Made by a program: the position numbers and the translations under genes. From Eledone cirrhosa (Eukaryota), in the NCBI GenBank assembly GCA_964016885.1, contig OZ024742.1:376216001-376280000 (forward strand): DNA of 64,000 nucleotides, written 5' to 3'. Below the pieces are notes generated by a model. That model did not search any database. It was not told where the DNA came from and saw nothing but the letters and a program-made list of their open reading frames with translations. How positions within the stretch are numbered: position 1 is the stretch's first letter; every line of letters begins with the position of its first letter. Positions 1 to 10,912 of this stretch are shown one piece after another.

Positions 1-22
1 AAGTCTGTCAGGTGTATGTTTG

Positions 23-236
23 TCATCATCATCATCATCATCCATCATTTAATGCCTATTTTTCCTACTAGCAAGGGTTGGATTTGTTGTCACAGATAAA
101 TTCAGTACTTAATCAAAGCCACTGCTCTCTCAGGTAGGTGAGGGCCTCATCTCACTTAATTACATTCTCCAACTCTACAGAGTATGCCAGGTATTTTATC
201 ATGACACCTGCATTAGAGAGGTCATCATATCTTTGA
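23..236 (-). mobile_element. Degenerate RTE-LINE 3' UTR remnant with (GAT)n tail
   Basis: (CAT)n followed by 'tttaatgcctatttttcctactagcaagggttgga', a diverged version of the LINE 3' ends at 15950, 21801 and 30305. Confidence 0.5.
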
Positions 237-244
237 CTCTATAC

Positions 245-347
245 CAAAGGTTCTCAACCCATTTTGCCCCTCAAAATCACGAAATGCCCCCCTACCCTTT
301 TTTTCCATTTTTCAATATACTACTGATTTTAATATCAGTAGATTACT
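245..347. mobile_element. hAT (Buster/Charlie-type) terminal fragment
   Basis: Begins with the TIR CAAAGGTTCTCAAC after CTCTATAC. It aligns, with a short deletion, to 13484-13605, the left end of the large hAT element. No partner end carrying this target site was found. Confidence 0.8.
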
Positions 348-455
348 GGGCCAAATCAAGTTATGTTAGAATCTTTAAAAAGATCTTTAAAATATACTTG
401 TACGAATAAAATACAAAAAAGTTTCAGTCCAAAACAAAAGCAAGCTATTTCAAAT
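347..455. repeat. Dispersed ~110-bp module, also present at 19064-19172
   Basis: 'tgggccaaatcaagttatgttagaatctttaaaaagatctttaaa...ctatttcaaat' is nearly identical at both positions. Confidence 0.85.
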
Positions 456-738
456 CCTAAACGGACGGTAGTCCGTTTAGTAATATTGTTGTGGTCGTGT
501 TTTCGTTGGCAATCGTCTGTTTACGACAGTACAGTGCGGCTCTACTTTATTTAACTGAGATAAAACTTATATGAGCATGAACAGTAGATCATTACGCATC
601 TTTTGGCTTAAAAATCTAGAAATTTGGTCCAGCGGGAAGAAGTTTATAATCAAAGTTTGCTGATAAATCTTGTGTTCAAGTGAGTGAGTAGTAAGCGTGA
701 TGCTAGGGGAGGTAATCCAGAAATGACGATGTTTGGAA
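453..738 (+). mobile_element. Helentron-type terminal module, copy 1
   Basis: Perfect hairpin CTAAACGGAC-ggta-GTCCGTTTAG (457-480), then TAATATTGTTGTGGTCGTGTTTT. The ~285-bp module recurs at 2641 and 7881, flanking a Helitron-family Rep gene. Confidence 0.7.
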
Positions 739-2640
739 TATGTATATCTGTGTACGTCGCCATATATATGTATGTATATGTGTATATGTATATTTGTGTA
801 TGTCGCAATATATGTATGTATATGTGTATATGTATATTTGTGTACGTCGCCATATATGTATGTATGTCTGTATATGTATATGTGTGTACGTCGCCATATA
901 TGTTTGTATGTATGTGTGTATATGTATATTTGTGTACGTCGCCATATATGTATGTATGTATGTATGTGTATATGTATATTTGTGTACGCCGCCATATATG
1001 CAGTATGTATGTGTGTATATGTATATTTGTGTATGTCGCGATATATGTATGTATGTATGTATGTGTGTATGTGTGTATATGTATATTTGTGTATGTCGCA
1101 ATATATGTATGTATGTGTGTATATGTATATTTGTGTATGTCGCAATATATGTATGTATGTATGTATGTGTATATTTGTGTACGTCGCCATATATGTATGT
1201 ATGTGTATATGTATATTTGTGTACGTCGCCATATATGTATGTATGTGTGTATATGTATATTTGTGTACGTCGCCATATATGTTTGTATGTATGTGTGTAT
1301 ATGTATATTTGTGTACGTCGCCATATATGTATGTATGTGTGTATATGTATATTTGTATACGTCGCCATATATGTATGTATGTGTGTATATTTGTGTACGT
1401 CGCCATATATATATATATGTATGTATGTGTGTATATGTATATTTGTGTATGTCGCCATATATGTATGTATGTGTGTATGTGTATATGTATATTTGTGTAC
1501 GTCGCCATATATGTATGTGTGTATATGTATATTTGTGTATGTCGCAATATATGTATGTATGTGTGTGTATGTATATTTGTGTACGTCGCCATATATGTAT
1601 GTATGTGTGTGTGTATATGTATATTTGTGTACGTCGCCATATATGTATGTGTGTATATGTATATTTGTGTATGTCGCAATATATGTATGTATGTGTGTAT
1701 ATGTATATTTGTGTATGTCGCGATATATGTATGTATGTGTGTATATGTATATTTGTGTACGTCGCCATATATGTATGTATGTGTGTATGTGTATATTTGT
1801 GTACGTCGCCATATATGTATGTATGTGTGTGTGTATATGTATATTTGTGTACGTCGCCATATATGTATGTATGTGTGTATGTGTATATGTATATTTGTGT
1901 ACGTCGCCATATATGTATGTATGTGTGTATATGTATATTTGTGTACGTCGCCATATATGTATGTATGTATGTGTGTGTATGTATATTTGTGTACGTCGCC
2001 ATATATGTATGTATCTGTGTATATTTGTGTACGTCGCCATATATATATATATGTATGTATGTGTGTATATGTATATTTGTGTACGTCGCCATATATGTAT
2101 GTATGTGTGTATATGTATATTTGTGTATGTCACGATATATGTATGTATGTGTGTGTATGTATATTTGTGTACGTCGCCATATATGTATGTATGTGTGTGT
2201 ATGTATATTTGTGTACGTCGCCATATATGTATGTATGTGTATATGTATATTTGTGTACGTCGCCATATATGTTTGTATGTATGTGTGTATATGTATATTT
2301 GTGTACGTCGCCATATATGTATGTATGTATGTATGTGTATATGTATATTTGTGTACGTCGCCATATATGCAGTATGTATGTGTGTATATGTATATTTGTG
2401 TATGTCGCGATATATGTGTGTGTGTATGTGTGTATATGTATATTTGTGTATGTCGCCATATATGTGTGTATGTATGTGTATATGTATATTTGTGTATGTC
2501 GCCATATATGTATGTATGTGTGTATATGTATATTTGTATACGTCGCCATATATGTATGTATGTGTGTATATTTGTGTACGTCGCCATATATATATATATG
2601 TATGTATGTGTGTATATGTATATTTGTGTACGGCGCCATA
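739..2640. repeat. Compound minisatellite: conserved core GTATATTTGTGTACGTCGCCATATA within variable (TGTA)n/(TG)n, units about 36-55 bp
   Basis: Seen directly; roughly 45 units. The long ORFs in all six frames result from stop-free low-complexity sequence. Confidence 0.97.
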
Positions 2641-2952
2641 TCTTAAATGGACGGTAGTCCGTTTAGTACTAAACGGACGATGACAGTACAGCGCGGCTCT
2701 ACTTTATTTAACTGAGATAAAACTTATATGAGCATGAACAGTAGATCATTACGCATCTTTTGGCTTAAAAATCTAGAAATTTGGTCCAGCGGGAAAAAGT
2801 TTATAATCAAAGTTTGCTGATAAATCTTGTGTTCAAGTGAATGAGTAGTAAGCGTGACGCTAGGGGAGGTAATCCAGAAATGACGACGTTTGGAAAAGTT
2901 TAATTACTGCATGAAAGAAATGATTCAAAAATTGAACTTGCCCAATCTTCAC
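2641..2952 (+). mobile_element. Helentron-type terminal module, copy 2 (rearranged)
   Basis: Hairpin at 2643-2666. An extra arm CTAAACGGAC at 2669-2678 replaces ~40 bp. The remainder matches copy 1, and matches copy 3 through 'cccaatcttcac'. Confidence 0.7.
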
Positions 2953-3069
2953 AACATTGAAAATTGGTCAAAATTTGACAAATCTGACTTCAAACCAGAT
3001 ATGATTCATTTGAACAATGTTGGAAATCTTAAATTGACACAAATTTTTGCCAATGTTTTTGCCACCTGA
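2890..3069 (+). pseudogene. C-terminal fragment of an SGNH/GDSL esterase-like domain
   Basis: Manual translation LEKFNYCMKEMIQKLNLPNLHNIENWSKFDKSDFKPDMIHLNNVGNLKLTQIFANVFAT* contains a block-V-like DxxH-L-N-xx-G motif followed by a terminal helix. Confidence 0.6.
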
Positions 3070-3249
3070 TCCTTGTTCTATGGCTGACTGAATAATTTTG
3101 TGACTTAATAAAATGTCATCATACTAGTAATGCACACTGGTCATTTTTAAATTTAAATTTTATTAAATAGTTGTTGCTTGCATTGCCTTAAAATAGTAAC
3201 AAGAATGTACACATACTTTTTAAAAATACATCATTATCAGTCAAATCAG

Positions 3250-3600
3250 TCAAATGTCACTAAAAGCCAGGTGGTCGATAACAACTTCTATAAGATTAGT
3301 TACATGCTCACACATTGGATCACCTCTCATCAATGGCATTGGGTGTCTGAGATAATCGTGGAGATAACTGATGAAGTCACAAATGAAGTGATGGTCTTCC
3401 AGTGTGAACAACTCCCTATATCCATTGATATATGTGATGGCTTCCGATTCATAGGTGCATCCGATTTTCAGTGATTCAATGGGCATTTTATCAGAGATGA
3501 TAAGGTTTCAATCTTCATTCTTCTTCAAGACCGATCGTATCGGTTGCTCTTCATATACCAGGTGTAGTGACCTACATTCCGCGGGCTCACATACATTCTC
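3250..3600 (-). pseudogene. Orphan antisense ORF inside the Helentron locus, function unknown
   Basis: The 78-aa ORF at 3250-3486 has globular composition. Reading through one in-frame TGA extends it upstream (ENVCEPAECRSLHLVYEEQPIRSVLKKNED*NLIISDK-MPIE...). Confidence 0.4.
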
Positions 3601-4829
3601 TGTGCGTGATTTGGCTCAGCTCAGCCAATCAGCGCCAGTAGAAGAGGATGTATCCCTACGCGTTCGGAGGGAGAAATAACCCGCAAAGATTTGAGGACGC
3701 TATCACTTCCAGGCTAGACCGTGTTAAGGTAAACAACACTTGTTCTTTTGCTCCGTAAGCACAAACAATATGTAACGACAAAACATTACCTACGAGCCTG
3801 ACCAAACGCCTTCAGCCAGTCGCCCGTATTTTCTCTTGTAATCTTAATTGAATTATTTCATTATTCTTGGCATGCCAGCTTAATTCACTTCTGAACCCTT
3901 ATTAATAAATAATGTAAAAAGAAGCTAAAATTCGTTTTCGATATTCCTATCGTATCTTTCTACCAAACCTGGTTCCTCATGGCAACAACACAACAACTCT
4001 CTAAATATTCTTCTCCGCTAAATTCGAATTTATACCTAAACCAAATTGGTGACAATATATCTACACCAAATTTGTGACCCTCGACGATTAAGTATGAAAA
4101 CGCAGCCTATTTGAATTCGCCAGTCGTTTTAACGGAAATGTGGAGTGGCTTAACATTTGGAATATTCGAATCGGGTTTCTAGACTCGCTTAGCGTAAGTC
4201 CATAAAATTCATAATATTCCATTTGTTGAAGCACGCGACCTACACAATATTTCTGTTATAACTTTCATGGTAACACAAGTAACTCACGCATACAGACGAA
4301 CACAAAAATACTACACAAAAGAAAGAGTTTTTTCGACGTCTAACAAAAAGTTTCTCTTTTGGATTGAAAATTATTATTGCGAGCATAGTTTGATAAAAAC
4401 AAAAAAAAAAAAAATAAAAAAAAAAAAAAGAATTTCTCTGGATATAGAATTTTGCTCGGCTTATTCAGTTTTTCAATTCGAATCAATACATTTCGAATCA
4501 ATACCTTTCACTAAAATCGGGCAATTGGACTGATCAAATTCACATTCATGCCAGTTTTTACAAATCCAAAAAGCGAAATTATCCTATTTCCAATCAGAAA
4601 TATAGAACGCGCGCGTTAATCTTATCATTACTCATAATCGGTTGTGTCGAATTAAATCCTGGACCTGAATTTGAATTCAATAAGACTGACAAAGATCAAA
4701 ACATTGATAAACAGAATGAAAAACGGAGAAAAACTGCAATTAGGAATAGGGAGTACAGACAACGGAAAGCTGCAGAAATAAGAGAAAAAAGACAATCAGA
4801 CGAAGCAAAATTTAAAAATAAGGCATGGC

Positions 4830-5045
4830 AAAAAGCATATAGACTGAGAAGAGGCGATGAGGGCAAAAGTCAGGAGGCATCATATCAAAAAGTGCGCAGA
4901 CTGAGGGCAGGTGATGAGGGCAAAAATCAGCATGCATTGAATCAAAAAGAGCACAGAGTGAGAGCAGGCGATGAGGGCAAAAGTCAACAGGCATTGTATC
5001 AAAAAGCACACAGATTGAGAACAGGAGAAGAAGGAAAAGAAAAAG
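4830..5045 (+). repeat. 57-bp (19-aa) coding tandem repeat, about 4 copies
   Basis: QKxxRLRxGDEGKxQxAxx repeats in the Rep N-terminal region. Confidence 0.85.
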
Positions 5046-5532
5046 ATGCCATATATTTTTCACATTATTATTTTACAAATGCACGGTTGATACAACAAAA
5101 ACACAAATTTTTGTACAGAAAAAAACGAATTCAACGATTTAAAGACATTCGCATGCAAAGGGAAATCATGTTACACAAATTCACAAAATCATATTTGGCT
5201 TCGAAAAAAGAAAAACCAAAAAATCGGACACAGTATAGGAAGAAATTCAAGCAGGGCCTTTAAAAGTTTCCAAAATCTACAGAGAAGCACAGGGAATTCG
5301 AAAATTTCATGTTTAATGAATTGAAAAAACAATGGCTTCAGTTTATGCACACATCAAATTAGCTAAGAAGGAGGGGTTGACTGCATACTTTTGGGAAATA
5401 TTTTACCATACTTTCACAAATGAACACTTTCTATTCCCAAAAAGTACAGTTGATTATTTTCCTCTAACAGAACTTGAAAACCACAATTTTCTGACTGATG
5501 ACTGTCCAACAAATGAGTGCAGGTGTAAAGAT

Positions 5533-5870
5533 GGTGATGAGCCAAGTGAGGGAAGTGCACAAGGAGAGGGAGGTGGGCAAAGTGAGAAAGGTGCACAAAG
5601 AGGGGGGGATGAGCCAAGTGAGAAAGGTGCACAAAGAGGGGGAGATGAGCCAAGTGAGGGAGGTGCACAAGGAGAGGGAGGTGAGCAAAGTGAGAAATGT
5701 GCACAAAGAGGGGGGGATGAGCCAAGTGAGAAATGTTCACAAAGAGGGGTAGATGAGCCAACTGATGGAGGTGAGCAAAGTGAATGTCCACAAAGAGATG
5801 TAGATGAGCCAACTGATGGAGGTGAGCAAAGTGAGACAGGTGCACAAAAAGAGGGGGGTGAGCAAAATGA
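5533..5870 (+). repeat. 36-bp (12-aa) coding tandem repeat, about 10 copies
   Basis: GDEPSEKGAQRG-type units within ORF 5332-6450. Confidence 0.9.
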
Positions 5871-7880
5871 CCAGAAAGATTTTGATGGCAGAAAATGTAC
5901 AGAACTTCTGACTTTGGCTAGATTGTGCAAATTTGGTCCCCCATCAAATTGCCCAGATCCCACTGCATGTCTAAAGCTAGCTAAACGAATGCACAAGGCC
6001 ATACATGAACTTTCACCTGATTTGACTGTGTCCCAAATTCGGAAAAAAATGGAAATCTTTGAGCAGTGTAAAGGATTCCATAGGGACATCTATTGCATAG
6101 GACAGTCTGACTGCACAAATGGACTTGAACTGATTCGAAGTATGGCTCCTCACTCTCCTCGCATCCGTACAATTCTGAGATGTGTGTACAAAGTGAGATC
6201 AGTCTGTGTCTGGCTAGACTCCTATGACATTTCAATCTTGGAAGGGGATTGGTCAATGTTTCATGATCTAGTAAATCCCCAAAACATGTCCAACAATCTG
6301 CTAAGCCGTTTGAATGAGATAGTGGAAAATGAAAATGAGAGCTTGCATTCAGAATCCTCAATCATGGCCAATTTTGCATCCATTATCAAACATTTTAATA
6401 AAGAGATTCAAAAAATGAAAATCAACTCCTGTGACATTTGCAAACAATGAGAATTAGATGCTAAACTCAAAGTCTGGGAGGATTGGAGCCCTTTGACAAA
6501 TCCCTATCTCCTGGAAACCATTCAACAAAACCACTCTCTACCATGTACGATTTGCTCTACATGTAGAAATAGTCTTGTCAAAAAGTCGATACCATCATTG
6601 GCTTCAATCAATGGCCTAGAAGTGGTCAAAATTCCAAATGTGTTGTCAAAGTTGAACATGTATGAGCAGATTTTGATCCAAATGGCCAATTGCTTCATCA
6701 ATGTCATTAAATTGTCACCCTATCGTTTCAAAGGTGCACCATCACATCTAGTAGCTGCTATTAAAGGAATAGCAACTCACATGCCACTACCAGTAGAAAA
6801 TACAATCAATCATGTAATGAAAAAACTTCCATCGAATCAAAATGATGCATTTGAAATAATTGTTGATAGTCTTCCAACTAAAAAGGGCACAATTTGGCGA
6901 TCGCTAGTGAATATGCAAAATGTCTTTGATGCCTTGGAGTGGCTGAAAAACAACAATGACATTTACAATGACATTTTGATAGACAGAACCACAAATTTAG
7001 AGGACATTGTTACATGCACTGGTGAAAATGTTTCCATCAATTTTCCACACATTCTCACACAAACTGGTGCTGAAACAGTCTATGAACACCATACTGTACA
7101 GCAAATCAAGCCTGCCCTCCCAAATCAAAAGGACCTTGAACTGTTTCGCATGAAACGAGTTGAAGGTACTCTTCTTCCGGACAATGATCCAAACCTGGAT
7201 CTGATGTGCTTCCCCCACTTATTCCCTAAAGGAAAATTTGGAATGATGCACATGAACAGACCCCATGGTAGAGTAAAGCCCTACATGTTCATCAGAAACA
7301 GACTCAGACATGAGGACCCCCGGTTTCGTAGAGACATTCAGTACATTCTCTACAATTTGGACAAGGCTGACAAAAGAGCACTAGATTCTGGCATTTATGC
7401 CGCAATGAAATCACTCAAAAGTCTAAAATTGACACTTGCTCAATTTTATAAAAGATTGGAAGCCAATGATGAACAATTGGAAAGTGGTTTGTCAATGATG
7501 ATGGCGAATGTTCGTGGAACAAAGCCATTTTGGGAACGCAAGTGCTCCGACTTGAATGCCATAGATGAGAAATTCGGTCCTGCCCATTTGTTTATCACTC
7601 TTTCATGTGCTGAATACTTTTGGCCAGGCTTGAGGGAATTTTTGGAAAAACTCAATAAAGACATTGCAAATGTTGAAACAAGGCCGATAGGGAATCTCTG
7701 TGCAAATGATGTTGTGGCTGTCAGTGAGTACTTTCACCATCGTTTTAGTACTGTTTTTCATGATGTAATTTTAAATAAAAAAGGCCCATTTGGGGAAATT
7801 ATTCATTACTTTTGGCGACTTGAGTATCAACAACGTGGTGCCCCTCACATTCACCTTAAAGCCTGGGTTCGGGACAGTGT

Positions 7881-8223
7881 AATCCTAAACGGACGGTAGT
7901 CCGTTTAGTAATATTGTTGTGGTCGTGTTTTTGTTGGCAATCGTCTGTTTACGACAGTACAGCGCGACTCTACTTTATTTAACTGAGATAAAACTTATAT
8001 GAGCATGAACAGTAGATCATTACGCATCTTTTGGCTTAAAAATCTAAAAATTTGGTCCAGCGGGAAAAAGTTTATAATCAAAGTTTGCTGATAAATCTTG
8101 TGTTCAAGTGAGTGAGTAGTAAGCGTGACGCTAGGGGAGGTAATCCAGAAATGACGACGTTTGGAAAAGTTTAATTACTGCATGAAAGAAATGATTCAAA
8201 AATTGAACTTGCCCAATCTTCAC
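7881..8223 (+). mobile_element. Helentron-type terminal module, copy 3
   Basis: Perfect hairpin at 7885-7908 plus the same downstream module. It truncates the Rep ORF just after the HUH motif. Confidence 0.75.
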
Positions 8224-8515
8224 TAACTTACATCTATTGTTGTAACACCATTGAAATGCACAAGTTTCACCAATTCACTATTATGCACTAATCATCTCAA
8301 ATGCATTCATGATTTACTAGCTTTGTCATTAGGCCAGTTGCCTCAACTAGATTGCAATTATACTCAAAAGAACTTTAAAATGTCAATCACTTGTCAGTAA
8401 TTCACTATGATCATTTAATTATTAGATAGTTGTTGCTTGCATTGCCTTAAAAAATAGTAGACCAGATAGAAAAATGCGTACAGCAAAAAAAAAGTAATAT
8501 TGTTGGAATATAAAC

Positions 8516-9459
8516 CTTTAAAAATACAGGACAAGAAACTAAAATAAAACTTTAAAAGAATAGGACAAGAAACTAAGATAAAACTTTAATAGAATGGGAC
8601 AGGAAACTAAGATAAAACTTTAAAGAATTGGACAAGAAATAAAAAATTTGACAATAATATTAGTGGCAAAATTTTTTTATTCGTTTCCTGTGCTATGCCC
8701 CAGTATCTTCTTGATTAGTGCATAATAATTGTCATGCTCTCATTGTGCATTGCCCCTGAGTGGTTGGTTCTGGTTGGGGTTGGTTGGCTGAGCAGTTCTG
8801 CTCCGTCAGAATGACCATTGCAAGAAGAATTGGCCGATGCAGCTGCAGGTCTCCTCCAAGAATGCACTTCTGGTCCCGCAACACCAGACGAAGATGGAGA
8901 AGACGACCGGGACAAGATGTCGACTCTGACCACCGACTATGGCACCTCCCTCAACCACCGGTCCTCCCTCCCTCTGTCCCGTCATCCCTCCAGTCCTCCT
9001 GCTCCCCCTTCCTGTACCAGAAAGCTGTGGCACGCATTCATCTGGACTGCCGGACTTGAACTCAAGGACAAGATGCAAGGAGAAGATGGACGGGTTGGTC
9101 AAGGATGAGCGGGACGACAAGACCCTCCGCTGCTGCTCAAGATCTGTGCTCATGGGCCCATGGGTCCATTCACATTATGCATGACACATGAGGCGTGTCG
9201 CCGAATGATGAAATAGGGGTATGGTTATGGCCTAATGGTTGTTCAAACCAGGATCAAATGATCCCCCCGGTCTGACGACGACCTCTGAATGTGGAACCCA
9301 GAGCCTATGAATGTGGAACTGGATTTTTTACCAATAAAAATTTTGCCACTAATATTGTAACATTTTTTATTTCTTGTCCAATTCTTTAAAGTTTTATCTT
9401 AGTTTCTTGTCCTATTCATTTAAAGTTTTATTTTAGTTTCTTGTCCTGTATTTTTAAAG
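8516..9459. repeat. Foldback element: inverted arms 8516-8681 and 9333-9459 built of ~34-bp subrepeats around a GC-rich core
   Basis: GGACAAGAAACTAAGATAAAACTTTAA units on the left and their reverse complements on the right; AATATTAGTGGCAAAATTTTT pairs with AAAAATTTTGCCACTAATATT. Confidence 0.85.
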
Positions 9460-9747
9460 TGCTAAAGACATATAGAGAGAGATAGAGATAGAAAGAGAGA
9501 GTAGATTATATTCTGTCCAGGATTAATCTACAATTAGCAAAAATAAGGTGCAAGTCGATCTGTTAGTATTGCTGGCTGTTGTAAAGCTAGTCTCTCTCTT
9601 TAACCCTTTAGCATTTAAACCGGCCATATCCGGCCAGAATTCTTTCACCTCTTTCTGTTCAAACCGGCCATAACTGGCTGCTCATACTGATGTTAAGGTA
9701 TTGTTCTCAAAATAAATAATATCAAAATCTTGTAGATTCAATATTTT

Positions 9748-10222
9748 CTAGGGCAGGTAAAATTCCCGAGATCCATGGACGAGTTCTCTCCAGCGGTCTC
9801 TGTCCCTCATCATCACTGCCATGTCCTGCGTCTCCAACAGACCAGTGTCTGTCCTTAGGGCATCAACATACGTTAACCTTGGTCTTCCTCTTCCAGTGTG
9901 TCCATGTAGGGGCTCCCACAGGAGCACTGAGTGCAATGTCAACTCTGGATGTCGGTGAGCATGTCCAGCTAACCTCAGTCTCCTCTGTGTCACTTTTGAG
10001 CTGACTTTTGGGATGCTCCCATACAGCTCTGAGTTTTTTCATCCTCAGTGTATACTGATTAATGTTCAGAGCCATCCTCAGCATTCTTGTGTAGCACCCA
10101 TCCACCATCGGAGTGAGTTTCTTGGTCAGTGTCCAAGTCTCAGACCCGTACAGCAGCACAGACTCCACTACAGCAATGAAGAGGCGGATTTTCAGGTCTT
10201 TACGAAGGTCTGACTTCCACAC
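9748..10222 (-). mobile_element. RTE-like LINE, 3' segment (frameshifted)
   Basis: VESVLLYGSETWTLT...RMLRMAL...RLRLAGHAHRH...GRGRPRLTY...DRDRWR. Confidence 0.9.
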
Positions 10223-10228
10223 TGACTA

Positions 10229-10605
10229 TTGTATGCGCCTTGCACTGGAGAAACACCAGGACTCTGGCTTTCTGTAGCACCGGCTCAGAGCAGGAGAGTT
10301 AAGGCGAAAAAGATATCGGATGCGGAATTTGCCGACGACATAGTTTTGGTGACAAATACAGTGAAGGAGGCAGAGGATTTGATGCGGGAGGTTGAGACTG
10401 TGTCGATGAGTGTGGGGCTGAGAATGAATGAAACTAAAACAAAATATCTGGTAGAGAATGTTGAGAAGCCAGAAGGGATCACTAATGTAGGCGGAAAGCC
10501 GCTAGAATTGGTTGAGGACCTCCTGTATTTGGGAGCAAAGATTGGGAATATGGAAGATGATGTGGTTGAGAGGAAGAGCAAAGCCTGGGTGGTGTGCCAC
10601 AGCTT
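10229..10605 (+). mobile_element. Inverted 5' segment of the same LINE (RT core)
   Basis: FADD, GLRMNETKTK, LYLG, KAWVVCHSL. At the protein level it continues into VWKS at 10222 on the minus strand. Confidence 0.88.
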
Positions 10606-10804
10606 GAGATTTAATATTATGTTAGATAATTATGTGAGGTAAAGCCTTTACCCTGAAAATATAATAGTATATATAGAGTAATGTAAATGCTAAAGGGTTA
10701 AACTTAACCCTTTCATTACCATATTTCTGATTAACTATATTGCCTTTGTGTTTCAATGAATTTTCTGAACCAATGTCCTTCTATGTCTCATCTCCTCTCT
10801 ACCA

Positions 10805-10912
10805 TGCTCAGCTCATACAAGTCAATCCATAAGCCCGCTGGAGCATTTCATAAGTTTCTGAAACATTTTTGCCCAGTTTAACACAAAACTTTATTGCATA
10901 GTGAGCTTCCAA
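10805..10912 (-). pseudogene. Mariner transposase N-terminal HTH fragment
   Basis: Manual translation LEAHYAIKFCVKLGKNVSETYEMLQRAYGLTCMS*A matches the IKFCVKLGK...ETxEMLxxAYG start of mariner transposases. Confidence 0.8.

Larger units (their letters stand above)
4660..7880 (+). pseudogene. Helitron-superfamily (Helentron-like) Rep/helicase gene, N-terminal half, disrupted and truncated
   Basis: Basic N-terminal repeats, Cys motifs (CDIC...CSTC), a DUF6570-like region (PSLASINGL..P..L..LN.YEQILI), CFPHLFPKG, DPRFRRD, VRGTKPFW, Rep motif 1 GPAHLFITLS and the HUH motif EYQQRGAPHIH. Stop at 5261, frameshift near 5330, in-frame TGA at 6448. It ends before the Y2 motif and the helicase. Confidence 0.92.
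9604..10697. mobile_element. TTAA-specific (piggyBac-like) MITE interrupted by a LINE
   Basis: TTAA-CCCTTTAGCATTTA ... TAAATGCTAAAGGG-TTAA. Confidence 0.85.

Noticed and set aside
481-489. TAATATT next to a hairpin, resembling a geminivirus origin nonanucleotide
   Set aside because: It reads TAATATTGT and lies outside the loop, and the linked Rep is of Helitron type.
739-2640. CRISPR-like look: constant core with variable spacers
   Set aside because: The spacers are only microsatellite length variants, there are no cas genes, and the context is eukaryotic.
567-2683. Seven long overlapping ORFs (up to 657 aa) covering all frames
   Set aside because: They are translations of a stop-free TA/TG minisatellite with no protein-like complexity.
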